From Candidatus Binatia bacterium (GTDB lineage: Bacteria > Desulfobacterota > Binatia > HRBIN30), in NCBI GenBank assembly GCA_038245295.1, contig JBBRSP010000010.1, positions 1-64,000 of the forward strand: 64,000 bases of DNA, in the 5' to 3' direction. The translations under genes were made by a program, and so were the position numbers. The notes under the pieces were generated by a model. The model saw only the letters and a list, made by a program, of their open reading frames with translations. It did no database searches and was not told where the DNA came from. Position 1 is the first letter of the stretch. The number at the start of each line of letters is the position of its first letter. Below are positions 28,609 through 39,113 of this stretch, piece after piece.

Positions 28609-29736
28609 ATGACGATGTCGAGCGGGACAAAGGGGATCACGTGGCTGTTGGCAATTTTTGGTTGCGTGGTGACACTGATGGCATGTGGTGAGGAATCGGG
28701 TGGCGCCGCACCGACCACCCTGCGCAGCCTGGCGGAGGCGCGCGGCCGTTCGTTTGGCTCGGCGGCGCACGACGAACATCTGCTCGACGATCCGACCTAT
28801 GGCGTGGTCCTGGCACGCGAGTTCGACTCGATCACGCCGTACACAGCAATGAAGTGGGGACGCCTGCATCCCGAGCCGAACCGATACGACTTCTCCGGCG
28901 CCGACACTATCGTCGATTTCGCGCGCGCCCATGCCATGCGCGTGCGCGGGCATACGCTCGTCTGGGGTGGCGCGTCCGACCCGCCGAACCCAGACTACGT
29001 CAACAATGTTACCGATCCGGAGACACTGCGGTCGCTCGTAACCGACCACATCCAGACCGTGATGCGACACTACGCCGGGCGCGTCGATCGCTGGGACGTG
29101 GTCAACGAGCCAATCACCTCGCTCGGCGAGACGGGCACGACCGACGGGCTGCGCGACAGCGTCTTCCTGCAGCAGTTGGGGCCGAACTACATTGCCGATG
29201 CGTTGCGGATCGCTCACCAGGCCGATCCGAACGCGCAACTGTTCGTCAACGACGTGTTCGTGCTGAAGCCAGGACCGAAGCAAGAACGCTATTTTCGACT
29301 AGTGCGAGACTTGCTCGACGCCAACGTCCCGCTGCACGGTGTCGGCTTTCAGGGCCATCTGGACTTCCTACCGGTTGCGCCCCCGGGGCAGGTCGACCTA
29401 CCGACGGAAGCCGAGATGACCGCCACCCTCCAGCGTTTCGCCGCCCTCGGCGTCGACGTCGAGATCACCGAGCTCAACGTCCATACGTGGCGCCTCAAGG
29501 GTGATCGCGCCGCTCGCCTGGAGCAGCAACGCGAGCTCTACGCTGGTGCGATGCGAGCCTGCCTCGCGGTACCGCGGTGCAAGGCGATCACCGTCTGGCT
29601 GTTCACGGACAAGTACCCGACCAGCCTCGAGCTGCTGCTCAATCGCGACGCCTACCCGCTGTTGTTCGACGAAAGCTACGCGCCGAAGCCGGCGTACTTT
29701 GGCGTGCGCGACGCCCTTCTGGGCACGCGTCCTTAA
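28609..29736 (+). CDS. GH10 endo-1,4-beta-xylanase, lipoprotein
   Basis: LMAC lipobox, AMKW, RGHTLVW, WDVVNE, GFQGH, ITELN. Confidence 0.92.
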   Translation: MTMSSGTKGITWLLAIFGCVVTLMACGEESGGAAPTTLRSLAEARGRSFGSAAHDEHLLDDPTYGVVLAREFDSITPYTAMKWGRLHPEPNRYDFSGADTIVDFARAHAMRVRGHTLVWGGASDPPNPDYVNNVTDPETLRSLVTDHIQTVMRHYAGRVDRWDVVNEPITSLGETGTTDGLRDSVFLQQLGPNYIADALRIAHQADPNAQLFVNDVFVLKPGPKQERYFRLVRDLLDANVPLHGVGFQGHLDFLPVAPPGQVDLPTEAEMTATLQRFAALGVDVEITELNVHTWRLKGDRAARLEQQRELYAGAMRACLAVPRCKAITVWLFTDKYPTSLELLLNRDAYPLLFDESYAPKPAYFGVRDALLGTRP

Positions 29737-29744
29737 CGACCCGG

Positions 29745-30170
29745 CTACTTGCCGGACTTCAAGGGCAATCCCTGCTGTGCCCAGCCCGACATGTGCCCCT
29801 GCAGATCGAGCACGTCGGTGTAGCCGGCTTGGGCTAAAACGGCTTCGGCCTTGGCGGCACGCCCACCGGCCTGGCAATGGACGACGATCTCCGTCGTCTT
29901 CGCCGCCGGGATCTCGCTGAGTCGCGCCGCCAGCTCGTCATGCGGGATATTGATCGCCCCCGGAATGTGGCCCGCCGCAAACTCCGCCGGTGTTCGGACA
30001 TCGAGCACGACCGGGGCCTTGCCGCTGGCGACACGCTGCGCCAGATCCGCGGCGGCGATCGACCCAACTTGCGTCGAGGGATGCTGGCATGCAGACGCGA
30101 CGACAGCACCGAGGAGCAGGAGACCAAGGCGAAAACCGCCGGAACGACCCATGCTCGTGGGGTGCATCAT
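29745..30170 (-). CDS. Rhodanese-like lipoprotein
   Basis: LDVRTPAEFAAGHIPGA, VHCQAGGRA. Confidence 0.92.
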   Translation of the reverse strand: MMHPTSMGRSGGFRLGLLLLGAVVASACQHPSTQVGSIAAADLAQRVASGKAPVVLDVRTPAEFAAGHIPGAINIPHDELAARLSEIPAAKTTEIVVHCQAGGRAAKAEAVLAQAGYTDVLDLQGHMSGWAQQGLPLKSGK

Positions 30171-31591
30171 GCCGGGCAGCCCAGCAGAGCCGCGTTGATC
30201 GCCCGGATGATTTCATCAACGGTGATCTCGCTGTCATGATTGAAGTCTCCGGCGGCGCACGGGCTGGCTGGATTGCCCAGGGCCAGGTTCACTAGCACCA
30301 GCACCTCGTCGATCGTTACCTCCCCGTCGTGATTGCAATCGCCGCCACAGACGACAGCCGCCACCGTCGGTGTTGCCGTTGCGGGTGGCGGCGAGGTCAA
30401 CGTCGGGCTCGCGGGCACCGTCGATGTCAACGTCGGGCTCGCCGGGATGGTCGCGGTTGACGTCGGACTTGGCGGCGTCGTTGATGTTGGTGTCGGGCTA
30501 TGCGGAATTGTCGATGTCGGTGTTGCGGTTCCCAGGGGCGAAGATGTCGGCGTCGGGGTGAATGTCGGCGTTGCGGTGCGAGAGATGGTTGAGGTTGGTG
30601 TGGCGGTGGACGGAATCGTCGACGTCGGCGATGAAGTTCCGAGTGCCGTCGACGTTGGAGTTGGGCTGCCGGTAAACGTTGGTGTCGCGGTACGAGAGAT
30701 CGTCGACGTCGGCGTCGCGCTGCCGAGCATTGTCGATGTTGACGTGGGGCTTGCGGGCGTGCTTCCCGATGTTGAGCTAGGCGTCGGCGTGCGCGTGGCA
30801 GTTGGACTTCCCGTCACCGTGCGTGTGGTCGTCGCTGTTGCCGCCGCCACGGTAGCAGTGCGCGTTGGGGTTGCCGCCGCACTCGTCGGCGTGGTCGTCG
30901 CCGTCGGCGCAGTGCCTGCCACGCCGCGACAGACGCCACGCATGGAGGGCGCGACCTGCGCCGCGCTGAAGCGCGCCTCGGTGAGAGGCATGGGTTCGCC
31001 CATTGCCGATAAGGCGGCAATGCTGCTGCTGAAATCCTCGAGGACGCAGCGATCATCGCTGGTGCATGCGTTGAAGTCGCCCATCGCATCGGGGCAGGGT
31101 TGGCCGATGTTCACCGGCGTACACGTACCGGCGTTGCAGGTCTCGCAGCCGAAGAAGGTGAAGCACTTGTCCCCATCCTGGCATGCCCCGGTTTGCGGAT
31201 TGCAGAAGCCAATCTTGCACGGATCGGCGGAAGGCGGACACTCGATCGGGTTCCCCGGCACGCAAAAGGTGAACGTCCCGAACGTCATGCACTGGCCGGG
31301 CTCAAAACACTTCCCAGCGCCGGGCGGCAGACACTCCGTTCCATCGGGAGCCGCCGTCGTGCCGGTACATACGCCGCTCTGGCACACCGGGTTCGACTTG
31401 CACGAATCCGTCGAGCTCGTGCACGGCAGACCCTCGCGAGTGGGGTCACCCTGACAACTCCCGTCGGCACGGCACGTCGGTGCGGTGGTGCAGTCATTGT
31501 CAACGAAATCTTCGCAAGGGATCGGCGCCGCCGCGCTGGGATGCTGTATGGCAATGAGGATGATGAAGCTGAGGACCGCGCTGCGCAACAT
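30167..31591 (-). CDS. Secreted Cys-rich repeat protein with Thr/Pro linker and C-terminal dockerin-like domain
   Basis: GGGAGG RBS, signal peptide, many Cys repeats, CGGDCNHDGEVTIDEV...DFNHDSEITVDEI. Confidence 0.88.
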   Translation of the reverse strand: MLRSAVLSFIILIAIQHPSAAAPIPCEDFVDNDCTTAPTCRADGSCQGDPTREGLPCTSSTDSCKSNPVCQSGVCTGTTAAPDGTECLPPGAGKCFEPGQCMTFGTFTFCVPGNPIECPPSADPCKIGFCNPQTGACQDGDKCFTFFGCETCNAGTCTPVNIGQPCPDAMGDFNACTSDDRCVLEDFSSSIAALSAMGEPMPLTEARFSAAQVAPSMRGVCRGVAGTAPTATTTPTSAAATPTRTATVAAATATTTRTVTGSPTATRTPTPSSTSGSTPASPTSTSTMLGSATPTSTISRTATPTFTGSPTPTSTALGTSSPTSTIPSTATPTSTISRTATPTFTPTPTSSPLGTATPTSTIPHSPTPTSTTPPSPTSTATIPASPTLTSTVPASPTLTSPPPATATPTVAAVVCGGDCNHDGEVTIDEVLVLVNLALGNPASPCAAGDFNHDSEITVDEIIRAINAALLGCPA

Positions 31592-31724
31592 ATATGCCTC
31601 CCTGTGACGAGGTTCAGACTGCGCGTACTCTACCACGGACCAGGCAACCGCATAGCCCATCTTCGCGTGGCGATTCGCTTTCAACGAGGTTGCGCCACCG
31701 ATGCGCCGGGCATAGCGTCGACTC

Positions 31725-33485
31725 GTGGCGCCCCGGGCGCTCGAGCAAGGAGATCGGTTGCACACGGAGCCCTCACCCGCATCGTTTGATTGGCGTACGT
31801 TTCAACCAAAACTGATCACCGTCCTGCGTGAGGGGTACGGCCGCAGCGACTTCCTGCGCGATCTGCTCGCCGGGGTAATCGTCGCGATTGTCGCCCTGCC
31901 GTTGGCAATTGCTTTCGCGATCGCCTCCGGCGTCAAACCCGAGCAGGGTCTCTACACCGCGGTGGTGGGGGGGGTCCTGATCTCGGCCCTCGGTGGCAGT
32001 CGCGTCCAGATCGGCGGCCCGACCGGCGCCTTCATCGTCATCGTCTACCAGATCGTCCAGCAACACGGGTATGAGGGCCTCGCCGTGGCAACGCTGATGG
32101 GCGGCGTGTTGTTGATTGCCATGGGCGTGGCGCGATTGGGCTCCGTCATTCAATTCATTCCGTATCCGGTGACCGTTGGTTTCACTTCCGGGATCGCCTT
32201 GATCATCGCGACATCACAGGTGCGCGACTTCTTCGGCTTGAACATGCCGACGGTGCCGGCGGACTTCGTCGACAAGCTCGTCTCCTACGCGGCTCATATG
32301 GCCACCTGGAATCCGGCCGCCGGCGCCCTTGGTCTGGCATCGGTACTGATCGTCCTCGGTTGGCCGCGCATCATGACGCGTCTGCCCAGTCCGCTGGTGG
32401 CGATTGTTGCAACGACGCTCGCGGTGCAGTTGTTTCATCTCCAGGTCGACACGATCGGCAGTCGTTTCGGCGCCGTGCCGAGCACGTTGCCACAGTTGGC
32501 GATGCCACACATGACCTGGTCGCTCGCCAAGGAGATGTTCCCCGCGGCGCTTACGATCGCGATGCTGGCAGCGATCGAGTCGCTGCTTTCCGCCGTGGTC
32601 GCCGACGGCATGATCGGCACACGGCATCGCTCCAACGTCGAGCTCATCGCCCAGGGTGTCGCCAACATCGCGTCGCCGCTGTTCGGCGGTATTCCAGCCA
32701 CCGGCGCGATTGCGCGCACCGCAACCAACGTGAAAAACGGCGGTCGCACACCCATCGCCGGAATCATCCATGCCGTCACCCTGCTGCTCATCATGAAGTT
32801 TTTCGCCGGCTGGGCGACCCTCATTCCTATTGCCGGCCTCGCCGGCGTGTTGCTCGTGGTCGCCTACAACATGAGCGAATGGCGCCACTTCGTGGGCCTG
32901 TTCCGGGGGCCGCGTAGTGACGTGCTGGTGCTGGTGACGACGTTTCTGCTGACCGTCTTGGTCGACCTCACGGTTGCCCTCGGTGCCGGTGTTGTCCTGG
33001 CCTCGCTGCTGTTCATGCGGCGCATGGCGAGCCTCAGCCAGGCTGGATACGTCACCGCCATGTTGCGCGAAGAAGAGGCCGACGATCCCAAGGCCATTGC
33101 CCAGCGTAGCGTACCGAGCGGCGTCGAGGTGTTTGAGGTTTACGGCACGTTCTTCTTCGGCGCCGCCACCAAGTTCAAAGACTCGCTGGCGCAGATCGAA
33201 CGTCCACCCAAGGTGCTCATCTTGCGACTGCGCGAGGTGATGGTGATCGATGCCACCGGACTGCACGTCCTCGAGGAGATTCTCGACAAAGGCCTGCGAT
33301 CCGGACCGACACTCATCCTTGCCGGTGTCCACGCCCAGCCATTGTTCGCCATGCAACGCGCCGGGCTCGTCGATAAGATCGGCGCCGACAATCTGACGCC
33401 CGATATCGACGAGGCCCTGGCGCGGGCCCGCGTCATCCTCGGGTTGGCACCGGTGGTGGAGTCCCAATCGAGCCCGACGACCTAA
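31725..33485 (+). CDS. SulP/SLC26 anion permease with STAS domain
   Basis: DLLAGVIVAIVALPL, QIGGPTGAF, ESLLSAVVADGM, ATGAIART, STAS with IDATG; start may be 31758. Confidence 0.95.
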   Translation: MAPRALEQGDRLHTEPSPASFDWRTFQPKLITVLREGYGRSDFLRDLLAGVIVAIVALPLAIAFAIASGVKPEQGLYTAVVGGVLISALGGSRVQIGGPTGAFIVIVYQIVQQHGYEGLAVATLMGGVLLIAMGVARLGSVIQFIPYPVTVGFTSGIALIIATSQVRDFFGLNMPTVPADFVDKLVSYAAHMATWNPAAGALGLASVLIVLGWPRIMTRLPSPLVAIVATTLAVQLFHLQVDTIGSRFGAVPSTLPQLAMPHMTWSLAKEMFPAALTIAMLAAIESLLSAVVADGMIGTRHRSNVELIAQGVANIASPLFGGIPATGAIARTATNVKNGGRTPIAGIIHAVTLLLIMKFFAGWATLIPIAGLAGVLLVVAYNMSEWRHFVGLFRGPRSDVLVLVTTFLLTVLVDLTVALGAGVVLASLLFMRRMASLSQAGYVTAMLREEEADDPKAIAQRSVPSGVEVFEVYGTFFFGAATKFKDSLAQIERPPKVLILRLREVMVIDATGLHVLEEILDKGLRSGPTLILAGVHAQPLFAMQRAGLVDKIGADNLTPDIDEALARARVILGLAPVVESQSSPTT

Positions 33486-33715
33486 ATGCCTTGCGACCTC
33501 GCAAACTCAACCCGCACGACGACGCGCTAGGAAGCCCCAGGACGCGCTCCCAGCACCCCGGACGACCCTACCTAGCCACACAAACTCAACGTTTTTCGGC
33601 GTTTTCCAAGTAAGGTCCCTGAAATCATTGATGATTCGAAACGCCAAACGACGTGCGCCCCAGGGATGGCCTCAAAGGGGCCCTTTCCCCTTGGAAGCCT
33701 CGCGTCGACGGCTGA

Positions 33716-35527
33716 TTATCGGCCGAGAGTTGGCCTTGGGCCACCACGTCCAGCGCCGCCTTCGGTCATCCACTTTCTCAGCGCCTGCTGGGCATAACCA
33801 CGGACGAGCGGTTGCTTCTCGCTCACGTCGTATTCGTCGCGCGGATCCTGCCAGTGGTCGTAGACCTCAACGCGGGGAGGCGTGTCGCCGGACTGCTCCG
33901 TGACGATCACCTTCCAGCCGTTGGTGAACAGCGCGGCCATCGCGGTGCCTTCATCCAAGCTCGTCTGCGCGAAGGACTCGTCGTCGGCGCACGTCCCATC
34001 ACGCAGCTGCAACAACGATTGCCCCGGGAGAGATCGCGGGCCTGTCACCCCGAGTACTTCCAGTATGGTCGGCAGCACATCGATCTGACGCGCCAAACAG
34101 GTGACCCGCTTGGCGCTCTCGGGCGCCACCGGCAACCGCACGATCAACGGCACCGCGAGTTGCTCGGCGTAGAGCGTGTGTCCGTGCTCGAAACCGCCGT
34201 GCTCGTGGAGCTCCTCGCCGTGATCGGCAACCAGGATGATCAGCGTGTGTTCGTAGAGGCCGCGGCGCTTGAGCTCGGCGACCAACTTGCCGAAGTGGTC
34301 ATCGACGAAAGCAACCTCGGCATCATAGAGCGAGCGCAGGTAAGCGAGGTTGTCTTCGGTCGCCAGCGTCGGGTCTTCCTCAGCTCTCTGCAACGGCTGT
34401 TTCTCCGCCGCCAATGAAGCCGCCAGATCGGCAGGGCGAAACGGCGCCGCCGCATCCGGCGACGCAGTGTACGGCGCCTGCGGATCACTGGCGTGCAAGT
34501 AGAGCAGGAATGGTTTTGCCGCGTGCCCATCCAGCCACGGGAATACGAGATCGTTCAGCCCATCGGCGCCGAGATGCAGGGATAGCCGCGACGGATCCTC
34601 ACGCGCATAGGTGAACTCGTCGAAACCACGATCGAAGCCGAAGGCGCCATCGACATTGCGGTTGGTAACGAAGGCCGCCGTCGAGTAACCCTGTGCTCGC
34701 AACAGCTCCGCCAGCATCGGCACGTCGGATCGGATACGATCCCCGGGGCGCAGCGCGCCATGGGCGTAGGGATAACGCCCGGTCAGAATCGCCGCCGTCG
34801 CCGGTAAGGTCCACGGCGCCTGCGCCACCGCGCGCGCGAAGACCAGCGACTCCGAAGCCAGCGCGTCGATGTTCGGCGACGTCGGCAAGGGGTAGCCGTA
34901 ACAGCCCAGATGATCGGCGCGCAGCGAGTCGACGACGTAGAGAAGGACATTTGGTCGCGCGGCGCGTGGATAAACGAGCGGCTCCTGACCATCGCTCTTC
35001 TTGGCGCGACCGGTGATGCGTGGCCGTGACAAGCGCAGCTCGCCACTGCCGCTCACATCGAAATCGAGGCGAACGATCTCGCCGCTAAATCCCCCCAGAT
35101 CAATTCGTGCTGTCGTCGGTGAACCGTCGTGTGTCCAAACCACCCTCGCTTCGCCGCGATCGCGCGCCGCACGAATCGACAATTGCGCGGCGATCGCGCT
35201 TCCAGATGCTACCTCGAAGACGAGGCTGGCGGCATTTGGTAGACGGACAAAGTAACTCACCTGCGAAGGTGCCGGCAGAAGCAAGGCCGTTGGACCTTGC
35301 TCCTCGATGATGAGTTGGGGATGCGTCGCCACGGTGTTGTCCGCCGCGGCGACAGGCAGCGTCAAACCATCGAGGCCCGCCTCGGTGAAGGGAAACATCC
35401 GCAACAGGTCGATCCCGAGCTCGGCGTCATCCCCTCGTTGCCAGCAAGCGGAGGCGAGAAGCAGCAACGACAAGAGCAGCCGGCGCCCGGCCACACGCCG
35501 GGGTATGGAAGCCGCTCGGTTGAACAC
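33716..35527 (-). CDS. Sulfatase-like alkaline phosphatase superfamily lipoprotein
   Basis: PNVLLYVVDSLRADHL, APWTLPATAAILTG, ADHGE, EHGHTLY. Confidence 0.9.
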   Translation of the reverse strand: MFNRAASIPRRVAGRRLLLSLLLLASACWQRGDDAELGIDLLRMFPFTEAGLDGLTLPVAAADNTVATHPQLIIEEQGPTALLLPAPSQVSYFVRLPNAASLVFEVASGSAIAAQLSIRAARDRGEARVVWTHDGSPTTARIDLGGFSGEIVRLDFDVSGSGELRLSRPRITGRAKKSDGQEPLVYPRAARPNVLLYVVDSLRADHLGCYGYPLPTSPNIDALASESLVFARAVAQAPWTLPATAAILTGRYPYAHGALRPGDRIRSDVPMLAELLRAQGYSTAAFVTNRNVDGAFGFDRGFDEFTYAREDPSRLSLHLGADGLNDLVFPWLDGHAAKPFLLYLHASDPQAPYTASPDAAAPFRPADLAASLAAEKQPLQRAEEDPTLATEDNLAYLRSLYDAEVAFVDDHFGKLVAELKRRGLYEHTLIILVADHGEELHEHGGFEHGHTLYAEQLAVPLIVRLPVAPESAKRVTCLARQIDVLPTILEVLGVTGPRSLPGQSLLQLRDGTCADDESFAQTSLDEGTAMAALFTNGWKVIVTEQSGDTPPRVEVYDHWQDPRDEYDVSEKQPLVRGYAQQALRKWMTEGGAGRGGPRPTLGR

Positions 35528-35710
35528 GCCAGGGGTCTAACAGATCAACTACGACTGACCAGAGGAGAACGGCTCGCGCACGATCTGGCCTCCGTTCTGA
35601 GAAACGAGGTTGCCCGGCGCCGGGCTTGTCGGTAGTGCTTCCGCAACGTCATCGGAGATCATCTTGGGTGCGCGTTCGCACGCGGATCCGGGCCAGGGAG
35701 AATACGAACC

Positions 35711-37198
35711 ATGCGCCTAGTTCAGGCTATCTTGGTCGCGGCCGCCTCACGCCGGCGTGCCATATCAATCGTGGCGGCGCTTTTGTTGCTGACGGCTGGG
35801 CAGGGCTCGGCGCGTTCCGGGGTGCGCGGCAAGCTGCGCCCACACCCGGGACTCAGCAGCAACGCGCGGTCGGTCGACGCCAGCAACAACACCTCGGTCG
35901 GGCACTCGCCGTGCACCGTGCGACGTAACAAGCTCGTCTACCACGGCGGTCCACTGGTCAAGAATCCGGATGTGTTCCTGCTCTTCTGGGGCTCGGAGTG
36001 GAATTCAGACGCCGATCACATCGCAGCGAAAGCGGCACTCATCTCGATGTACCAGTCGATCGGCACCAGCGAGTTCGCCTGCGCCTGGCGCGAGTATGGG
36101 ACGGCGACGTACCCGCTGGGAGCCGGCACGTACAACGACTCTTACGTCATCACGGAGGCACCGCCGGATCCGTTGTCGGACGCGCAAATCCAGAGCCGCA
36201 TCGAGAGCGAAGTCTTGGCCGGCCATGCGCCATCACGCACCGACGATCGTGTCTACATCGTCATCCCACCCGCCGGTATCGCCGTCGAGTCTCAAGGCGA
36301 AACCGGCTGTGGCGGCGCCAACTTCATCTTCTGCGGCTATCACAGTGCTTTCCAGTCCGGCGGCTCGTTCCGCTACGCCGTCTTGCCCTTTCCGTGCAGC
36401 GTGCCCGGCGTCGGCACCTGTTTGATCGACAGCGGGCACACCTCTGCCGGATCGCTGCAGATCGTCGGAGCACATGAGCTGACGGAGCTGGTCACTGATC
36501 CCGATGATCCGGGTGGCTGGTACAGTGACCGCACCGGAGACGAAAATGCCGACCTCTGCGCCGCGTCATCCTGCAACGACGTCGTCACCAATGGGATGAC
36601 GACGTTCGAGGTGAACCCGGCGTGGTCGAACCTGGCCAATGGTTGCATCACGTCGGTGCCGTGTTCCCCGGCACCGATCGGCTGTACCGACACAACCCCG
36701 GGCAGCTGCACTCCTGGTCGTGGCAAGGTTCTGAGCTGCGAGCTCGAGTGGCTGGTTGACCCCAACCTGACGCTCAAGCGCACTACCCAATTGCCGAACA
36801 ACAGCGTGTCGTGCACCGACGGCCAAGCGTTCTGCGACTACGACGCAATCGGCGGGCAGTGCACCTTCCACGTTGCCGCCTGTCTCAACAGTACCGATCC
36901 ACGGCTACCGCTGTGCACCCCGTCATCGATCGATAGCCTGACCATCACCAGGCCACCGTTTGGGGACGATCTGACCACGGCACTGCTGAGCGCCCTGCAA
37001 AGCGCCGATGTCGGCTCGACCGGCACTCTTCATCTGAACAGCGTCTCGTACGCGCCGGCCGCAGCCAACACGAACTCCTGCACCGGTTATGTCGACGCCG
37101 TGGTCCCGGCCGGCAAGAAGAAGAAGGTCGGCGTGGCGCTGCACACGCCGGGTGGCGTGGCGAAAAGTCAGCTGACCCTCTCCTGCAAGGCGCCCTAG
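35711..37198 (+). CDS. Secreted Cys-rich protein with PHI-1/EXORDIUM-like domain
   Basis: YHGGP, FWG, FCGYH, HELTELVTDP...GWY...ENADLC motifs. Confidence 0.7.
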   Translation: MRLVQAILVAAASRRRAISIVAALLLLTAGQGSARSGVRGKLRPHPGLSSNARSVDASNNTSVGHSPCTVRRNKLVYHGGPLVKNPDVFLLFWGSEWNSDADHIAAKAALISMYQSIGTSEFACAWREYGTATYPLGAGTYNDSYVITEAPPDPLSDAQIQSRIESEVLAGHAPSRTDDRVYIVIPPAGIAVESQGETGCGGANFIFCGYHSAFQSGGSFRYAVLPFPCSVPGVGTCLIDSGHTSAGSLQIVGAHELTELVTDPDDPGGWYSDRTGDENADLCAASSCNDVVTNGMTTFEVNPAWSNLANGCITSVPCSPAPIGCTDTTPGSCTPGRGKVLSCELEWLVDPNLTLKRTTQLPNNSVSCTDGQAFCDYDAIGGQCTFHVAACLNSTDPRLPLCTPSSIDSLTITRPPFGDDLTTALLSALQSADVGSTGTLHLNSVSYAPAAANTNSCTGYVDAVVPAGKKKKVGVALHTPGGVAKSQLTLSCKAP

Positions 37199-38857
37199 CG
37201 ACAAACCAACATCGCGGCCCCGGCACTACAGCGTGGCCGCACTCCTGCAGGGCCATTCCACTGCAGCGCCGCACATTCACTCGCAGTCCCAAGAGTTACC
37301 GTCGCCTGCACCGTATCGAGTGGCGGCAACACCGACGCCGCATTGATGGCGCGGATGGTGAATGCCAACCGACCATCCTGCACACGGGAACGGTTACGCA
37401 CCGCGACGTGCCGCACACCGCCGTGACTACCGAGCGGGTCATCGAACACCCAGCGTGAGCCAATCACGCGCCAACCGGCGCCACCGGGGATGGTCGCATC
37501 GAGCAGCCCGTTGACGACGACGTGAATGCCATTGGTTGCCGGATCAACAGCGCTCCATGGCTTCGGGATGACGGCGGTGCCACGCAGCTCGAGCTTGCCC
37601 GAAACGAGACGCACACCAAGACGCGAGGCGGTGATAGGGACGCCGCTGGGGCAGTTGCCGATCGCCGCCGGACTGAGGCTCGGTGTCGGCGTCGCGTTGT
37701 TCGGGATCGTCGGCGTCGGTGTCGAGCTATTCGCCGGCGTCTTTGTCGGGGTCTTGGTCGGGGTCGCCGTCGCTGGTCCGCCGGTCGCGGTTGCCGTTGC
37801 GGTGGGCGGCACATAGCCGTTCGACACGAGCTTCCAGTAGGCCAGCAAGTCGGCCAGCGCTTGCGGCGAATTCGTCGGCGGTGTGTGCCCGGCTTGATCG
37901 AACTGATTGACGCCGTGGCACGACCCGCAGACGCGTACTTCACCGGGCTGGAAGGTTACCCAATAACGCTCGCGCACAACGCCGGTACCGGCAGGGTCGG
38001 TGAGCTGCCAGGTCATGGCACGCCGCGCCGGCACGAACGCCGCCCACGATCCATCCGCACCGACCGTGTGTCGTAAACTCCGGTGAGTCGATGCCGTAGT
38101 ACGTGCCCGGGTTGCTCGGATCTTCGGCGGCCTGCAACATGTTGGAGATGAAGCGCGGATTGAAGCGGCTCAACTGGCTGTAATAGTCGATGACATTCGG
38201 ATCATCGGTGCGCGCCGGAGGAATGTAGCCGTGCAGCTCGTGGCGACCGAGGTGGTTGATGACTTCGGACTCGGTGCCGTCCTGAAGCCGGTGATTTCGT
38301 ATTCCGGGAAGACCTCGAGTACGAGCTCACCTCCAGTGCGCCCCGTCGTCGCAGTTCATTCCCGTGCCGAGGCCGGCGACTTCACGCCGATTGTCGACTC
38401 GCAAAGCGGCGCCCTGGCGCTCCTCACGGGAAGAAGTGGTTGAACGTTGTACGGCCACACGTGCCGGCCAGCAAATATAACTTGACCTGGAAGTGCGCCG
38501 GGGCGCCGACAACCATGCTGAAGACGGCCTTGGTCCCGCTCCAATCGACGGCCGGATCGCGCACGGCAATGACATTGGCATCCTGGAGACCATTCGGAGC
38601 GGTACTGCCGAAACCGGCGGCGGCGGTGAGGTTGCGCAGCGTCCCGTTTTCGTAGCGGATCCACAAATCGCCGCCGCGCGGTGCTGAGCTAGGATCGCCT
38701 TTGTGATTGGCGAAGGCCGAAACAAGGCTGGCAAAGTCGGCGCCGAGGGGTACCTGGGTGACGAACAGGATCGGGTACGGAGTCGTAGGTCCAGTCTGCG
38801 CCGTCGCCACAGTTGCCGCAGCAACAAGGATGAGAAGACCAAGGACAAGCTGGGCTA
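37195..38857 (-). pseudogene. Fragmented HzsA-like (hydrazine synthase alpha-related) protein with CxxCH
   Basis: N-terminal ILFVTQVP...PRGGDLWIRY...VRDPAVDWSG; FNHFFP; INHLGRHEL; C-terminal FVPARRAMTWQL...RERYWVTFQPGEVRVCGSCHG; pieces in different frames; no start codon. Confidence 0.75.
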
Positions 38858-38860
38858 GCG

Positions 38861-38913
38861 CCCCCTCTCCCACCTCAAGCGGAATCTCGAAGCCTGGGAG
38901 AGGGTCGGGGTGA
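38861..38913. repeat. CCCTCTCCC...GGGAGAGGG palindromic repeat
   Basis: Same family as 3734-3877; abuts the signal-peptide segment of the pseudogene. Confidence 0.8.
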
Positions 38914-38944
38914 CGGGGCTTTGCACGGCAATTTGCGTTGGAGG

Positions 38945-39029
38945 ACTCCGCAGGCTGAAGCCTGCGCCTACCGGTTCCCAATTCGCCAGCGTATTCAGCG
39001 TGGTAGGCGCAGGCTTCAGCCTGCGGTGA
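38945..39029. repeat. GTAG REP doublet (inverted homolog of 40944-41027)
   Basis: CCGCAGGCTGAAGCCTGCGCCTACC...GGTAGGCGCAGGCTTCAGCCTGCGG. Confidence 0.9.
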
Positions 39030-39113
39030 GCTGAGCCCTGGTTGATCGTCGAATTGCCGTGCAAAGCCGGGTGAGGGCACCCTTCTGAGTCCGCAGACCC
39101 AACCCTCGCCCAG

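Noticed and set aside
33486..33715. Possible IS-end remnant or ncRNA between convergent genes
   Set aside because: AT-rich patch and a repeated CAAACTCAAC, but no terminal repeat pair or recognisable RNA structure.
37195..38857. Evidence for anammox metabolism
   Set aside because: HzsA-like domains are widespread, this copy is broken and no hzsB/hzsC genes are present.
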